NCBI GenBank assembly: GCA_041663805.1
Contig: JBAYMA010000001.1
Span: 1 to 27,799 of the forward strand
Length of the DNA: 27,799 bases
Direction: 5' to 3'
Source: Candidatus Shapirobacteria bacterium
Lineage (GTDB): Bacteria; Patescibacteriota; Microgenomatia; UBA12405
Both the position numbers and the translations under genes were made by a program. The notes beneath the pieces are model-generated. The model saw only the letters and a list, made by a program, of their open reading frames with translations. It was not told where the DNA came from and ran no database searches. Positions 1-7,560 of the stretch are shown here, one piece after another (position 1 is the stretch's first letter; every line of letters starts with the position of its first letter).

Positions 1-857
1 CCACCGCAACTTCCTGCAGTTCCAGCACACGTCCACGTATAGGTAAAATCAGCATTAGTGCTCACTGAAGGCTGACTTCCATCAGCACATAAAGGATTTT
101 GAGTTATTAAATTAGTAGTAGCAGGTGCTGTTCCAACTCCCATGGACCAATGCATTGTTCCAGCTGCAGCTCCACAAACTCCATTTGTTCCATTTGTAGG
201 CACACAATTTGGAGTACAAGGTACACTTCTAACTCTGTTTCCATCTACAATATATCCACCCGGACATTGTCCATTGCGATATATATCTACTGCAGTAAGA
301 AATCCTCCGTTTATTGCCGCCTCAGGATAACCAGCTGCATCACAACAATATTTATAAACTCCAAGAATACTACAATGACAGTCACTAGCATACAAAAATG
401 TATCTCCTATATTCTTTAATTTATCTCCCAACGAACAATCAAGGCTGGTTATCCATTGAGGTACACAATTAAGTCCATTTAAAATATCACTATTTCTATT
501 TACACAAGTAATTTTACTTTTTGTCCAATTACTATAACTACTAGTACAACAATCACTTTTATCTGAACCACAAAAACCAATTCCACAATTTCCAATATTA
601 TTATTTCCCTTATAACACATATCCTCAGCTCCAATACAATCGTTAGCACAATTTATGTCTTGGATACATTTATTTCTACAACAATCATTAGAGTTGTTTA
701 TTAAACACAACTGGTATATATCTGCCAAATTGCATGTAATAATTGTATATGGGTAAGAAGACAATTGACAAGTAACAGCTGCTTGAACTTTTATTGTTCC
801 TATTGTCAACCAAATAACCAATCCAATTATTAATTTTAAAATAATTTTATTTCTCAT
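1..857 (-). CDS. Cys-rich secreted/surface protein, truncated by the left edge of the window (absent from the ORF track)
   Basis: Manual translation from ATG at 857-855 (ATGA overlap with the stop of 854..1375): MRNKIILKLIIGLVIWLTIGTIKVQA-AVTCQLSSYPY...NGVCGAAAGTMHW...LCADGSQPSV...WTCAGTAGSCG. No stop before base 1; signal-peptide-like N-terminus; 27 Cys in 285 codons. Confidence 0.88.
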   Translation of the reverse strand, partial: MRNKIILKLIIGLVIWLTIGTIKVQAAVTCQLSSYPYTIITCNLADIYQLCLINNSNDCCRNKCIQDINCANDCIGAEDMCYKGNNNIGNCGIGFCGSDKSDCCTSSYSNWTKSKITCVNRNSDILNGLNCVPQWITSLDCSLGDKLKNIGDTFLYASDCHCSILGVYKYCCDAAGYPEAAINGGFLTAVDIYRNGQCPGGYIVDGNRVRSVPCTPNCVPTNGTNGVCGAAAGTMHWSMGVGTAPATTNLITQNPLCADGSQPSVSTNADFTYTWTCAGTAGSCG

Positions 858-1375
858 TTACTTAACAACTTATCAATTAACTCATTTTTTAATTTTATTT
901 CATTTTCAAAGTTCTCCCAGTTTTCTTCGTTTATTTTTGGAGCAATATTAACAGTTACATCAATTTTTTCACCCTTTTTAATTTCAGCCAAAATCTGCCC
1001 TTTTTTAACCACTTTTGTTTTACACTCAAGGATACCCTTTTCAAACATTATTATATAAGTATAAACTTTATCATTTGTTTTACCTTCTATTAAGAAGGCA
1101 TTTTCCATTCTGTTATTTATAAAATTAGAAACAGTTGCAACACTGCAATTTCCATCAATTGGGGAATAAATTTTTGTCTCTTCAATTGTTGTAAAAAACA
1201 ATTTTCCACTATAAAAATCCTTAGTTTCAATTTTTTTACAATATTTATTTTCAAACAACAAACAGCTTCCTGGTTTAATCTCAAAAACTTGATGTAACCA
1301 TATCTTGTCCACCACCAAAAATCCACCAACTATAATCAAAAATATAACTATTCCAAATAAAACCAACCTTTTCAT
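854..1375 (-). CDS. Membrane-anchored protein with degenerate peptidase M23/LytM-like hybrid motif
   Basis: N-terminal hydrophobic anchor; IYSPIDGNC and VVKKGQILAEI resemble the M23 scaffold segments; no HxxxD or HxH zinc ligands. Confidence 0.55.
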   Translation of the reverse strand: MKRLVLFGIVIFLIIVGGFLVVDKIWLHQVFEIKPGSCLLFENKYCKKIETKDFYSGKLFFTTIEETKIYSPIDGNCSVATVSNFINNRMENAFLIEGKTNDKVYTYIIMFEKGILECKTKVVKKGQILAEIKKGEKIDVTVNIAPKINEENWENFENEIKLKNELIDKLLSK

Positions 1376-1426
1376 AAAATAGTTTACCTGTTTTCACTCA
1401 AAAAGTGTATATATCAAAGAATTAAG

Positions 1427-1470
1427 CCCTCCATTTTCAAGGGAGGGTACCCGCAGGGTGGGTGGGTTTT
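1427..1470. repeat. GC-rich intergenic hairpin element (REP/short dispersed repeat-like)
   Basis: ccctcc(1427-1432)-attttcaag-ggaggg(1442-1447) stem followed by tacccgcagggtgggtgggtttt; strongly GC-rich against an AT-rich background; shares ttcaagggRgg...gggttttg with 17701-17738. Confidence 0.65.
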
Positions 1471-1478
1471 GAAAAAAC

Positions 1479-2558
1479 TTAATTATTAGAAACCACAAAC
1501 ACTGGCACTTCATTAAATTTTAATATATTATCAAAAGATTGTTTTTTAATTACTTCAATAGTTTGAACCATTCCAGGTATACAACCTTCTAATATTGGTT
1601 CATTTGTTTCTCCAAGTTTATCTCCCATCACTACATTAATTATTCTTATTTTTCGATCTATAAAATTTGAATTAATAACTACAAATTCCATTTCCTTACC
1701 ATCAATATATTCACTACTGTTTTGACATAATTCAGTCCGATTAATTTCCTGACCAGTAGACATCGAACTTGATTGATACATATTTGTTTCTCTAGGAAGA
1801 ACATTAGTTACATCAATTGTTTCGCTTCCAAAAGAAATTTGGATAAAATATGGACCATCAACCAAAGTTCCTTCAGAATTAATCGCTAAATTAACATTTT
1901 CTAAAGTTGTTAAATCAGAAATATCAGCTGCTAATGGCATTAAGTAACCATTTTTAGCTGTTGGTAATTGTTCATTTAATATTTTTTCAGCTTCTGATCC
2001 AATCAAAGCAATTCCTCCAACTTCTGTCACTTCTCCATTTTCATCTGTCTGAGTAACTTCTTTTTTATATTCTCCTATATAAACTCCATCTCTTTCATAA
2101 GTTACTCTTTTAAGACCATTAATTTCTTTAATTACTTTTTCAGCTCCTTCAATATCTGGAGCCAATTCCATTTTTTCTTGTAAATCTTTTTTTTCCTGTT
2201 GTTCTGGAGTTAATGGTACTTCAGTAGGTGTTGGGGTAGGGGCTTCAGTTGGTGTTGGGGTAACTTTAACTGTAGTTTCTGTTGGAGTTACTGTCACACT
2301 TGGTTCAGTCTCACTAGATTCAACTGTAGCTTCTGTTTCAATAATTGGTTGAGGATTAACTTCACATCCAGTAACAGCTCCAGCTCCAGTTGCTATTGTA
2401 AAAGCAGCTATTCCAGCAGCAAACCTTCTTTTAAAAGCATCTCCGAATTTTTTTTCTTTTGGTTTTGGATTAGATTCTTGTCTAGTTGTATCTTGAACCG
2501 AATCGACTATTTTCCCAATTTCTCTCTCTGTAAATTGTTGTGGTGCACTTTCTGCCAT
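1479..2558 (-). CDS. Putative lipoprotein with Pro/Thr-rich linker
   Basis: KRRF, then a hydrophobic Ala/Gly stretch, then lipobox VTGC (C65); TPTPTE repeats; C-terminal domain not recognised. Confidence 0.65.
   Translation of the reverse strand: MAESAPQQFTEREIGKIVDSVQDTTRQESNPKPKEKKFGDAFKRRFAAGIAAFTIATGAGAVTGCEVNPQPIIETEATVESSETEPSVTVTPTETTVKVTPTPTEAPTPTPTEVPLTPEQQEKKDLQEKMELAPDIEGAEKVIKEINGLKRVTYERDGVYIGEYKKEVTQTDENGEVTEVGGIALIGSEAEKILNEQLPTAKNGYLMPLAADISDLTTLENVNLAINSEGTLVDGPYFIQISFGSETIDVTNVLPRETNMYQSSSMSTGQEINRTELCQNSSEYIDGKEMEFVVINSNFIDRKIRIINVVMGDKLGETNEPILEGCIPGMVQTIEVIKKQSFDNILKFNEVPVFVVSNN
2220..2262 (-). repeat. 24-bp-period tandem duplication encoding TPTPTE linker units
   Basis: ttcagtaggtgttggggta (2220-2238) and ttcagttggtgttggggta (2244-2262), 18/19 identical. 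Confidence 0.8.
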
Positions 2559-2683
2559 TTTTTATTTTTAAATTATTAATTTTTTTATTATTTTATCCAT
2601 CTCTGACGGAAACCTATAATATTAATTTAATTAAGGAAATAATATAACACCCAACCCATAAAGTCAAGAAAATCTATAAAATT

Positions 2684-2704
2684 TTAATTTCTGACTGACA
2701 CATC
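2684..2704. repeat. Direct repeat copy 1: displaced duplicate of the 3' end of the 4030..4515 pilin gene
   Basis: ttaatttctgactgacacatc matches 4030-4050 ttaatttctcactgacacatc at 20/21; both read D-V-S-V-R-N-stop on the minus strand. Confidence 0.9.
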
Positions 2705-2706
2705 AA

Positions 2707-3387
2707 CTATAATCTCATTCTTAATTCCAATAAAACATCTTCTTTTAAATGTTGCCTGACAAAATCTTTAGTTGAATTATCTATTAAATCACCTAAACCA
2801 AATAGTATCTGATTAGTTTTAATTTTTTCTATTCTAGAAATTGCCATTTCAATAATTTCTTTTGTCCCTAAACCACTTTTGCTTTTTATCACTTCATCAT
2901 CTATCTCCCAACCATTTTTCAAAAAATACCAAATATCAAAAACATCTCGATTAGCCATTTTTGTTCTAGTTGCTAAAGCTAATAATTTTCCAGCTACCAT
3001 TGCCTCTCTATTCATCACCAGCATCGAAATCCCCAAATAATTCATCACCACAAAATTGGTTTCTGTTTTTACGCGAGTTATTTCAATTTTTAGTTTTCTC
3101 TCTTCAAATCCATAGTCAAGTAAAAAAAATATAGTATTTTTTTTGACAACACTTTCAACTATTTTGCCATGTTTTTCAATTATCATTTTTACTCTATCAA
3201 AAACCAAAGATTCATTATTTTTATCTAACAAATCAAAGTCCAAATCAACCGATTCTCTGGGTAAATCATAAAATAAATAGGCCATAGTTCCACCTTTAAA
3301 ACCCAATATTTTTCCTAAATCTTTATCTGCATAAAAATCTTTTAGAATTCTAACCATTATTAATTTGTGTTTTTCGGGATTAAACAT
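2707..3387 (-). CDS. abiEii: AbiEii/AbiGii-family nucleotidyltransferase toxin (type IV TA)
   Basis: FKGGT...Y.LPRESVDLDF nucleotidyltransferase signature; GKLLAL..R..MANRDVFDIWY C-terminal motif; overlaps the upstream partner by 8 nt. Confidence 0.9.
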   Translation of the reverse strand: MFNPEKHKLIMVRILKDFYADKDLGKILGFKGGTMAYLFYDLPRESVDLDFDLLDKNNESLVFDRVKMIIEKHGKIVESVVKKNTIFFLLDYGFEERKLKIEITRVKTETNFVVMNYLGISMLVMNREAMVAGKLLALATRTKMANRDVFDIWYFLKNGWEIDDEVIKSKSGLGTKEIIEMAISRIEKIKTNQILFGLGDLIDNSTKDFVRQHLKEDVLLELRMRL

Positions 3388-3964
3388 GATCTTTTTTGTA
3401 TAAATTATAATAACTCATAATTCTTTTAGTCATTGCTTTACTTTTATATATTTTTGCCAAATCTAATACCAAATTCCAATCTAAAATATTAAGATTATCA
3501 AAATGATAATCACGATATAAATAAACAGCATCAGTAAGAGCTCTTTCTTTTGAAGCTACAAAATAGTTATTATATCTTTCTATACCCAAATTATTTAATA
3601 ATATTTCATTTTTTAGTCGTCTATAACCTATTTTATTATTTCCAACCTTTAACTCTCGACTGACATGAGAAATAGTGAATATAGTGTCATATTTCTGAAA
3701 AATAACCCCTTCTTTTGCCAAAATAGTTTCCAAACTAACATAAGATGGAGTATAAACTTTACAAGCTAATTCTAAAAGGCTAAAATTATTTTTAGCCAAA
3801 ATACCCCTAATTGGATTCATCAATTTTTCTTTTTTAACTAGATTATTTACTCTTCTCTTTAAATTCACATATTTTATTTCAGGAAACATAAGAGACAATT
3901 CTTTTAAAGAAAAAACTGTCTGCGATAACTTATATAAAGTATTTAAAATATCTATTTTTTTCAT
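3380..3964 (-). CDS. abiEi: AbiEi-like antitoxin/transcriptional regulator (N-terminal winged helix)
   Basis: VFSLKEL...LVKKEKLMNPIRGI winged-HTH-like segment, PSYVSLETIL..EGVI and ASKERALTD.VY motifs typical of AbiEi-like partners; directly upstream of abiEii. Confidence 0.82.
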   Translation of the reverse strand: MKKIDILNTLYKLSQTVFSLKELSLMFPEIKYVNLKRRVNNLVKKEKLMNPIRGILAKNNFSLLELACKVYTPSYVSLETILAKEGVIFQKYDTIFTISHVSRELKVGNNKIGYRRLKNEILLNNLGIERYNNYFVASKERALTDAVYLYRDYHFDNLNILDWNLVLDLAKIYKSKAMTKRIMSYYNLYKKDHV

Positions 3965-3971
3965 ATATTTG

Positions 3972-4017
3972 TACTGGAAGTAACATAATATGTTACCAAC
4001 AGTAGATTTTTTGTCAA
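3972..4017 (-). promoter_or_regulatory. sigma70-type promoter of abiEi with overlapping inverted-repeat operator
   Basis: Minus strand TTGACA (4017-4012), 16-nt spacer, TGg-TAACAT (3998-3990); palindrome tactg-N3-gtaacata-a-tatgttac-N3-cagta spanning 3972-4004. Confidence 0.7.
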
Positions 4018-4029
4018 GTAATTTAATTC

Positions 4030-4050
4030 TTAATTTCTCACTGACACATC
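4030..4050. repeat. Direct repeat copy 2 (last 7 codons of the pilin gene, including the stop)
   Basis: 20/21 identical to 2684-2704; the single difference is synonymous (GTG vs GTC, Val). Confidence 0.9.
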
Positions 4051-4515
4051 CAAACTAAAATTTTGACTTACACTTACACCTGCTGTTGTTGTTCCTACTC
4101 CAAAATTAAATTTAACACTCGTCACCCCTAGAGCAGGGGATTCAGTACAAGAAACAAAGTTAGTACAATCAGTTACATTGACCTGATTATTAGTTAAACT
4201 TCTGACTAAGGAACCCGAAGTTGAGGCAATATTATTGTTTCCACAACTAAATACTGTACTTCCATTATCATCAAGATTAGTCATTCCAATAGAAACATTA
4301 TTAATACAATTTATTTGTGTACCACTACTATTCAACACATTTTTCTTCAATTCATTCATAATCCAATTACCATTTTGAACCACCTTATTGGTCGATTTAT
4401 TTCTATTTTGTGATTTAAAAATCCCCAAAGTTATTCCCGTTATAGCTGTCATTATTAACCCTGTTGAAGCCACCACCACAATCATTTCAATCAATGTAAA
4501 ACCTGTTTTTTTCAT
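4030..4515 (-). CDS. Minor pilin/pseudopilin, PilW/PulJ-like
   Basis: MKKTG|FTLIEMIVVV class III signal; longer alpha1 helix and beta-rich C-terminus; follows a PilV/PulI-like gene. Confidence 0.8.
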   Translation of the reverse strand: MKKTGFTLIEMIVVVASTGLIMTAITGITLGIFKSQNRNKSTNKVVQNGNWIMNELKKNVLNSSGTQINCINNVSIGMTNLDDNGSTVFSCGNNNIASTSGSLVRSLTNNQVNVTDCTNFVSCTESPALGVTSVKFNFGVGTTTAGVSVSQNFSLDVSVRN

Positions 4516-4516
4516 T

Positions 4517-4912
4517 TTAATTATTCCTTGAAAAAAATCTATTAACCGTCATACTCTTATCTCCCCAAGAAACTATTACCGAAGTATCGGCACATTCTTT
4601 ACGAACAGCACTACACCCTCCATTAGTTTTTTGAACATAGTTAACTGCATAAGTATAACCACTAAATGTTGGTAAGGTCTGTCCTGCCGCTATATTCTCT
4701 AAAAGCCAAAAATTTTCCGGATCTGATTTTTGGGTACTAATCAAATTTTCTATTACTGCTTCAGCTAAACTACTAGCTGTCTTTCTTTGAAAAGCATTTG
4801 TTTTAATACTAACCGTACTAATAATCAATGCCACTACTCCAGTTATTACCAATACCACTATTGCCACCGAAAAAACTACCTCAATTAAACTTTGGCCTTT
4901 TTCAGTTTGCAT
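4517..4912 (-). CDS. Minor pilin/pseudopilin, PilV/PulI-like
   Basis: MQTEKG|QSLIEVVFSVAI class III signal with Gln at +1; C-terminal VIVSW motif. Confidence 0.8.
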   Translation of the reverse strand: MQTEKGQSLIEVVFSVAIVVLVITGVVALIISTVSIKTNAFQRKTASSLAEAVIENLISTQKSDPENFWLLENIAAGQTLPTFSGYTYAVNYVQKTNGGCSAVRKECADTSVIVSWGDKSMTVNRFFSRNN

Positions 4913-5360
4913 TAATTGTTCCCAAATCAGTAATTATCACCGTTTTAGTTGCGCTTCCTGAAACCCCTATACTTATCGGACCATTTATAAAAGTTCCATT
5001 TATATCAGTTAATCTACCCGTACCTACAGCAAAACCAAAAGAAGTAGCTGTTAAAGTTAAATCATTCATTGAATCAATTTTTTTACTAAAATAAAGAGTA
5101 CTACTATTATTTACTTTGGCTGTTATTGTTCCATTAGCCAAAGTTGTTACTCCCACATATACCAAATCATTACCACCGCTAGGTAATTGACCAGTAACTG
5201 CCATATTCTTAGCTAACTTTATTTGATTAACTAATTCATCTGTCACTGTTTCCAGCTTTTTAGAATTTGAAAAATTATTTATGTAAACAGAACCAATTCC
5301 CATCAAAACCATCACAATTACTACTGTAACTATTAACTCTACTAAAGTAAAACCTTTCAT
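4902..5360 (-). CDS. Minor pilin/pseudopilin, FimT/PulH-like
   Basis: MKG|FTLVELIVTVVI; L...I.LA..MA helix; C-terminal F...TG motif and ITDLGTI hairpin. Confidence 0.8.
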   Translation of the reverse strand: MKGFTLVELIVTVVIVMVLMGIGSVYINNFSNSKKLETVTDELVNQIKLAKNMAVTGQLPSGGNDLVYVGVTTLANGTITAKVNNSSTLYFSKKIDSMNDLTLTATSFGFAVGTGRLTDINGTFINGPISIGVSGSATKTVIITDLGTINAN

Positions 5361-5361
5361 A

Positions 5362-5754
5362 TTAAGGATTAACTACTTTGTAATTACAATTAGCCACTGG
5401 ATTATTAGTCGAACCCAAATCTTCAACTACTGCACAAACTTGATAAGTATTGGTTGTTAACCCAGTATAGGTATAAATAAGTCCAGTTTTCGGATCTTTA
5501 GGCCATTGTTGTAAATAAGTTGGTACTAAAATAGTTTGAACAGTACTGGTAGTAGGATAAGTATTACCCACTTGTCTAGCTGCTTCCAAAGAAATTCTAA
5601 TTTTTTCTAAATCAGCCATTCTTCTAGCATCACGAGATTTTTTACTTATTCCTCCAAAACTAATCACTGCTATCGCCGTCATTACGGCAATAATTGAAAT
5701 ACTTACTAATAATTCAAATAAAGTGAACCCATTTTTTTTATTTATTCTTTTCAT
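5362..5754 (-). CDS. Type IV pilin, PulG-like
   Basis: NG|FTLFELL; KSRDARRMADLEKI helix; P.DP motif; C-terminal Cys pair. Confidence 0.88.
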   Translation of the reverse strand: MKRINKKNGFTLFELLVSISIIAVMTAIAVISFGGISKKSRDARRMADLEKIRISLEAARQVGNTYPTTSTVQTILVPTYLQQWPKDPKTGLIYTYTGLTTNTYQVCAVVEDLGSTNNPVANCNYKVVNP

Positions 5755-5757
5755 AAT

Positions 5758-6183
5758 TTATTGTTGATTTTGAACACAAAAATAATTAACCTTATTAGCA
5801 AACCCACAAGTAGCATTTTCGGCATTACTATTTTTTGTATTTTCCATTAATGCACAAACACAATAAGTTGTAGTACTAACTCCAGAAACTAAATAATTAG
5901 AACTATCTTTTGGATCCACTGGTACTTTATTTAAAACTGTTTGACCATTAGCTACCCAAGAAGGAGAAGTCGCTCTATAGTAATTGACTGAATTTGGATA
6001 ATTTCCACTAAGTAATATCATCTGTTCAGCTGCATTTTGAATTGATTTAAGATCACCGATTCTTCTTTGATCTCGACCATCTTTTTGAATTTTAGAAAAA
6101 CTAACCGCTATTATCATTGATAAAATCCCAATAATTGAAATAGTAATCAATAATTCAACTAACGTAAAACCTTTATTTTTCAT
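5758..6183 (-). CDS. Type IV pilin, PulG-like
   Basis: MKNKG|FTLVELL; GRDQRRIGDLKSI; PVDP; four C-terminal Cys. Confidence 0.88.
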   Translation of the reverse strand: MKNKGFTLVELLITISIIGILSMIIAVSFSKIQKDGRDQRRIGDLKSIQNAAEQMILLSGNYPNSVNYYRATSPSWVANGQTVLNKVPVDPKDSSNYLVSGVSTTTYCVCALMENTKNSNAENATCGFANKVNYFCVQNQQ

Positions 6184-6671
6184 GGTAGGGAATCAAGATT
6201 GGCATTTGAACTAGTAATTACATAACAACAACCCGTAGTAAAACTATTGTAACTAGGACAATTATCTTTTAAATGACAATCCTTATCTTTTTCATTTTCT
6301 AAATTAGCATACAATCTAAATGATTTACTCGTTCCTGAAACTTCATAAAGAAAAGGTCTCATTGAACTTACTGTTTCTCCAGGCATTTTTTTCATATAAA
6401 TTACACTCCCTACACTAAATTCACCCTGACTACCCATTAATGTATTAATATTAATACCAACATTATCCGGATAAGATCCAAAATCACCATAATACATATT
6501 CAAAGCATCAGCCACTGATTTTAAATTAGCTTTTCTAGCCGCATCTCGCGATTTTTGTTGTGATCCATAAAAACTACTAGCAACTATTACCGTTAAGATT
6601 CCCATAATCGAAATCACTATCAATAATTCAATCAATGTAAAACCATTTTTTTTATTTATTTTTTTAATCAT
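6180..6671 (-). CDS. Type IV pilin, PulG-like (start revised from 6761 to 6671)
   Basis: MIKKINKKNG|FTLIELL; KSRDAARKANLKSV..AL..YY.D..SYP; the revised ATG lies just past the stop of 6673..7098. Confidence 0.88.
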   Translation of the reverse strand: MIKKINKKNGFTLIELLIVISIMGILTVIVASSFYGSQQKSRDAARKANLKSVADALNMYYGDFGSYPDNVGININTLMGSQGEFSVGSVIYMKKMPGETVSSMRPFLYEVSGTSKSFRLYANLENEKDKDCHLKDNCPSYNSFTTGCCYVITSSNANLDSLP

Positions 6672-6672
6672 T

Positions 6673-7098
6673 TTAATTACTACAAACTGCATAAACCTTA
6701 TCTTGTGGATCTCCAATTCCACAATTAGTCTGTGAATTAATATCATCATTACCTGCTCCACTATCCAATATAGTTGTCATTCTAAAACTATCTGTTCCGT
6801 TTGGTTGAGTATAAATAAAACTAGTATCACCGATACTAGATATATAACCAGTAAAACCAGACCCTAGAATAATAGCCTTACTTACAGGATAACTTTGGTT
6901 ATCGTTATAATACATTCTCAAGCCATTTTTTAAACTATTTAAATCTTGCATTTTTTTAGAATCTTTAGCTCTTTCTCTAGCTCCAACTATATTCATCATC
7001 AATACCGCCGCTAATACTCCCATAATCGAAACCACTACTAATAACTCTATTAAACTAAATCCTGTTTTTCGACCAACATAGCCATATTTATTTTTCAT
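6673..7098 (-). CDS. Type IV pilin, PulG-like
   Basis: RKTG|FSLIELL; RAKDSKKMQDL..L...L.MYY.D..SYP; C-terminal Cys pair. Confidence 0.88.
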   Translation of the reverse strand: MKNKYGYVGRKTGFSLIELLVVVSIMGVLAAVLMMNIVGARERAKDSKKMQDLNSLKNGLRMYYNDNQSYPVSKAIILGSGFTGYISSIGDTSFIYTQPNGTDSFRMTTILDSGAGNDDINSQTNCGIGDPQDKVYAVCSN

Positions 7099-7532
7099 AT
7101 TTTAATTACCACCGATTCTAATTTATTTATAAAACAATAACTTTGGTTATTACATATTTGTTCTATTTTTTTACAATCTACATCAGATTTATTTTCCAAC
7201 TCTGCAAAAAAAGTAAAAGTCTTTCCATCTGCACTCGCTTGATAACAAAATTCTTTATTTAAAAAATTTTCTTTAGGAACTTTGGCCATATAAGTATACC
7301 CATTATCTATCCACGGTTTACCCCACAAACTGTTAATAATCTCATCACTGGGTAATTCACCATAATCAGCGTAATAAAGACGAATTGCTTTAGCTACCTC
7401 GTTTAAATTTGCTCTTCTATCAACATCTCTAGATTTTGCCTTTGCCAAATTAAATTGATTAAAAGTTATCCAACTTAAAATTGAAATTACAATTATTATT
7501 ATTAGTATTTCCAACAAATTAGAACTTTTCAT
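7095..7532 (-). CDS. Pilin-like protein with atypical prepilin cleavage site
   Basis: MKSSNLLEIL (no G|F) followed by a hydrophobic helix and the same KSRD..RR..L.....I..YY.DY core as its neighbours. Confidence 0.75.
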   Translation of the reverse strand: MKSSNLLEILIIIIVISILSWITFNQFNLAKAKSRDVDRRANLNEVAKAIRLYYADYGELPSDEIINSLWGKPWIDNGYTYMAKVPKENFLNKEFCYQASADGKTFTFFAELENKSDVDCKKIEQICNNQSYCFINKLESVVIKI

Positions 7533-7560
7533 TACTTTAATAATAATACATTTTTATTTT

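Larger units (their letters stand above)
2684..4050. mobile_element. Putative integrated mini-cassette carrying abiEi-abiEii, bounded by 21-bp direct repeats; no integrase or transposase
   Basis: Direct repeats at 2684-2704 and 4030-4050 bracket exactly the TA operon and its promoter; the repeat-to-repeat unit is 1346 bp. Confidence 0.6.

Noticed and set aside
142-419. ORF-track entries 142..330 and 150..419 (+)
   Set aside because: Antisense shadows of the longer signal-peptide-bearing minus-strand ORF 857..<1.
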